Below, one piece after another: positions 63,640 through 64,000 of a DNA stretch of 64,000 nt. The notes below the pieces were generated by a model that was not told the origin of the DNA, did no database searches, and saw only the letters and a program-made list of their open reading frames with translations. Origin of the DNA: Anaeramoeba ignava BMAN (lineage: Eukaryota; Protista; Anaeramoebae). The stretch's first letter is position 1, and every line of letters starts with the position of its first letter. The stretch covers positions 558,001 to 622,000 of the forward strand of contig JAPDFW010000136.1 in NCBI GenBank assembly GCA_028826165.1, in the 5' to 3' direction. The translations under genes were made by a program, and so were the position numbers.

Positions 63640-64000
63640 TAAATTGTTTTGAATATTTTTAATATTTATTTTGAATAATATTTATTTTATTATTTATTTG
63701 GAATAATATTTATTTTTAATATATATTTTGGATATTTATTTTGGATAATATTTATTTTGAATATTATTTATTTTGAATAATATTTATTTTAATATTTATT
63801 TTGGATAATATTTATTTTGGATATTATTTATTTTGGATAATATTTATTTTGAATAATATTTATTTTTAATAATTTATTTTTATTTTTAATGAATAATATT
63901 TATTTTGAATAAATTTATTTTTGAATAATATTATTTATTTTTGAATAATTTTTATTTTATTTATAATATTTATTTTGGAATAATATTTATTTTTGATTTT
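63640..64000. repeat. AT-rich tandem repeat (GAATAATATTTATTTT-like), runs off the window
   Basis: Directly visible degenerate ~16-17 bp array. Confidence 0.75.

Noticed and set aside
63640-64000. Telomeric repeat at the window end
   Set aside because: A degenerate AT-rich ~16-mer with no G-rich telomere-type unit.

Overview
Very AT-rich, gene-dense eukaryotic (protist) DNA with GT-AG spliceosomal introns and the standard genetic code. The intronless RCC1-BTB and BTB-TLDc genes and the poly-N/NQ tracts resemble Anaeramoeba-like metamonads; this taxonomy is inference only. Genes, left to right: coiled-coil/fimbrin fusion with a dynein-adaptor-like CC1 box, NAE1/ULA1, DUF4419-like, orphan, RFC small subunit, orphan, cytosolic HSP70, small membrane protein, a ~14.3 kb RNF213 (mysterin)-like AAA+ gene, a dynamin-related GTPase 158 bp upstream of it, casein kinase 1, C2-EMAP(TAPE) fusion, first of two paralogous 4-TM genes, RCC1-BTB, HSP20, BTB-TLDc, a truncated BTB copy, second 4-TM gene, and a Kelch protein. 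Main observations: (1) The RNF213-like gene has ~13 frame breaks, all resolvable as +1, no isolated in-frame stop, and none in the AAA core. This is either recoding/editing or consensus insertion error, and single-base breaks in other genes here make error a serious alternative. (2) A CC1-box/coiled-coil/fimbrin fusion. (3) Four distinct near AT-only satellite arrays all with ~143-146 bp (nucleosome-length) units. (4) Large introns each filled by their own microsatellite. All coordinates were derived by hand and no database searches were run.
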